A stretch of 64,000 nt of DNA from Eledone cirrhosa. Taxonomy: Eukaryota. The notes beneath the pieces are model-generated. The model worked only from the letters and a program-made list of their open reading frames with translations. It searched no databases and was not told the DNA's origin. The DNA is taken from assembly GCA_964016885.1 (NCBI GenBank), contig OZ024745.1:68262001-68326000 (forward strand), given 5' to 3'. A program made the translations under genes and the position numbers. Below, one piece after another: positions 61,267-64,000 of this stretch (position 1 is its first letter; the number at the start of each line of letters is the position of its first letter).

Positions 61267-61660
61267 ATATTACCACAGTTATCAGTTGGTTATATATATA
61301 GTTCTCAAAACATAACAATTGCTTTAGGAGAGGATTGAAACATAATAATGAATTATTAAATGTTGATTTTATGTTCTAGCTCTTCTATTTATTTCTCTAC
61401 ATTCTTTAAAAATCAATACATTGTAAGAAATGTGTACTATATATTATTTTCTCGTTTTACATGACATTTTCATAAAATTTTAGTTAGTCTTCAGTTTGTC
61501 ATTGTTCTATTCATTTTTTAGTCTGCATTTCACCCATATTCTATATTAGTGATGTTTTTGCTGGTGTTGTTATATATACACCACACACATATATACACAC
61601 ACATATATTATATATATGTGTGTGTATGTGTGTGTGTATTATCAACGCATCTAATTTACC

Positions 61661-61754
<94 letters not shown>

Positions 61755-62291
61755 TTATATATATTTATATATATATATGTACATATTGTGGAGGTTTTAG
61801 TTAGGAGGGGCAAAGTAGAATAAGCCTGGAAGATGATACAGTGAGTAAGGAAGCAAAGTATTTGTTGAATGACACGACCAGACGTGACACAGATAGAGTT
61901 CAACTGATAATCAAATCAATAGATTTTCCTTTACTATTGTAACATGAGGAAACCGATGGAGTTTTGTTCCAAAAATAGAACTACGTATCACAACAGAGCA
62001 CCTTTCTCCCTGTTGTCCGTCAGGTCAGATTCAAAAGAATTGTTTTGTGTCTTTATCGTTGAGAGAAAGTTCGACTTTAAAACAATACCCACGAATCTTT
62101 GTGGCTAGTGTTAACTTAACGACTTAGAAAAACAGTATATATATATATATATATATACTGTTTTTCTAATATATATATATATATATATCAGTGAATTACT
62201 GGCGGTGGTAACAATATGACCACACGATACACAGGCAAAGTGTATATAATAAGGAAAAAAAAACGACGAAGTTTTGTTTTATTGTGTATCG

Positions 62292-62385
62292 ACCTGTTAC
62301 GCGCGTTTCACAGATGATTGGCTCAAGAGGTTTCCCTTGGAAGTTATACACCCGACTCCGGCATCGATCTTCTCATCGGACTGGT
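62292..62385 (-). ncRNA. HHR-like motif with CCGAUGA core
   Basis: Reverse complement accagt-CCGATGA-gaagat...atctgt-GAAA-cgcgcg-TA-acaggt. Confidence 0.5.
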
Positions 62386-62425
62386 GTCACACATACATAT
62401 ATGTATTTGTGTGTTTGTGTCTGAA

Positions 62426-62720
62426 TTAGCCATCGAAACGGCTTGAGCTCAGCCGTCGGGGTCTTACTGGTTCCTATTACCCACTCTACTACCCTAAGTA
62501 TTGAGTACTTTGGTGCGTTATGGTCCACCTGGTTGCTTACCACATTTCCTTCGTTATATATATATATATATATATATGAGAAAAACCACAGACCCTCCAT
62601 CTCAACTCTACTTTTGAAAAGCAGAAGAACTGCGAAACCGGTAAAGGAACCAAATAAATATATATATTAAAAAAAAAAAATAAGACTCCAGTTGCATTTT
62701 CGATTTCATCTTTTTTTCTT

Positions 62721-62753
<33 letters not shown>

Positions 62754-62946
62754 ACGAAGGAAATGTGGTAAGGAACCAGGTGGACCATAACGCACCAAAG
62801 TACTCAATACTTAGGGTAGTAGAGTGGGTAATAGGAACCAGTAAGACCCCGACGGCTGAGCTCAAGCCGTTTCGACGGCTACTTCTGGACTGGAATTAGC
62901 CGTCGAAACGGCTTGAGCTCAGCCGTCGGGGTCTTACTTGTTCCTA
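62426..62946. repeat. Nested inverted pLTR-like fragments separated by (TA)n
   Basis: 62426-62560 is mirrored at 62750-62881, and there is a third partial copy at 62896-62946. The middle piece (62575-62722) is the reverse complement of 11630-11775. Relatives occur at 23650-23730 and 31565-31682. Confidence 0.8.
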
Positions 62947-64000
62947 TATATATATATATGTATGTGTGTGTGCGCGTGCGCGCGCGCTCACATATGAATG
63001 CATGTAAGTGTTTGTGCACGTATGTATGCGTGTGTGAATATATGTACATATACATGTTTGAGTGTATATTTATCTGTATGTATTGAATAAAACTTCTCTA
63101 AAAAAATGCAAAAAAATATTTGAATAAAAAAACCCTCCATCTTTAAAGTGTACTTTAAAGCTATTTTAGGATTCACTTAAGTTTTCCTATTTTGTATTTT
63201 TCCAATAGTTTTTCTATGATATAACAGTGTAAATACATTGTTTTGGTTAGATTTCTTTCGGAAATATCGATTATATTGAAGGCAGCAAACTATCGTGTCA
63301 TAATGTCTAAGCATGTGTGTTAACAGAATGATATATTGTCCTAGATATATGTGTATCTGTTGTGTTGGCTGTTTTCTTTTTGTTCGCCTTAGCCCTAGTC
63401 CTGTAATACAAACAAGTTCATTTGTAATATTGCTTCGGAACTCGAAAAGGCTTAGATGACGCCATTAACATATGTCCACACCTCTAACAATAAAATCACT
63501 CAGCTCCTCATATTGTATTTGTTTGACTCGCTGTTTACCTAAAGCCAGGGGTTCAGTCGATTCAATAGTCCGGGAACCGAATGGTAAGTAGGGGCATGTT
63601 AATATATGAGCCCCCACCTCTTATAACAAAACCTCTCAGCTCTCTCTTGCTGTTCCCCTAAACCCAGAGCCTATGTGAGAGAGTGATTCAGTCGGTACAT
63701 TTTGCCGGGACATGAGAAGCTATGATGGTGCCAAAATTATCTGCCCTCACTTCTTTTACAATAAAATGTCACAGCCATCTTTATTATGTTTGATTTACTT
63801 ACAATTAATCTTAACCGAGGGTTTCAGCCGGGACCCATAAACAACTGATCCACCCATACTACAACATAACCTTTCTTTGTTGTTCACCTAAACACAGGGA
63901 TTATATTAGAGAATGGTTCAGTCGGTATATTGATCTGAGACACCAGAAAACTAAGAAGGAACTCATGAATACCTGCTTCTGTACATTTACAATAAAACTT

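Overview
Repeat-saturated, AT-rich animal genomic DNA, intronic or intergenic. The SINE, microsatellite and Penelope make-up looks like an octopus or other cephalopod, but this is inference. I found no intact host gene. Most ORF-track entries are translations of (TA)n, (CA)n, (GA)n, (CAC)n and (GTT)n microsatellites. The real coding remnants are all transposon-derived: a Penelope-like GIY-YIG endonuclease (12.9-13.4 kb, -), a Penelope-like RT (25.0-25.6 kb, +), a frameshifted CR1/L2-type LINE (28.9-31.2 kb, -), a DD37D/maT transposase (44.8-45.95 kb, +) and RTE fragments. There are also many tRNA-derived SINE copies and a MITE with 6-bp target-site duplications (TSDs). The main result is a high density of type I hammerhead ribozyme (HHR) motifs: about a dozen canonical or near-canonical ones from several unrelated sequence families. 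The best candidate for a new system is a near-perfect 469-bp tandem array (27727-28867). Each full unit carries a textbook minimal HHR inside a heavily base-paired RNA, which fits a retrozyme or circular-RNA-producing element, and the array is joined in the same orientation to the 3' part of a LINE. Fold-back repeats at (TA)n tracts and a 1.8-kb inverted duplication 24 kb apart are also present. All structures were read by eye; no folding or database search was run.
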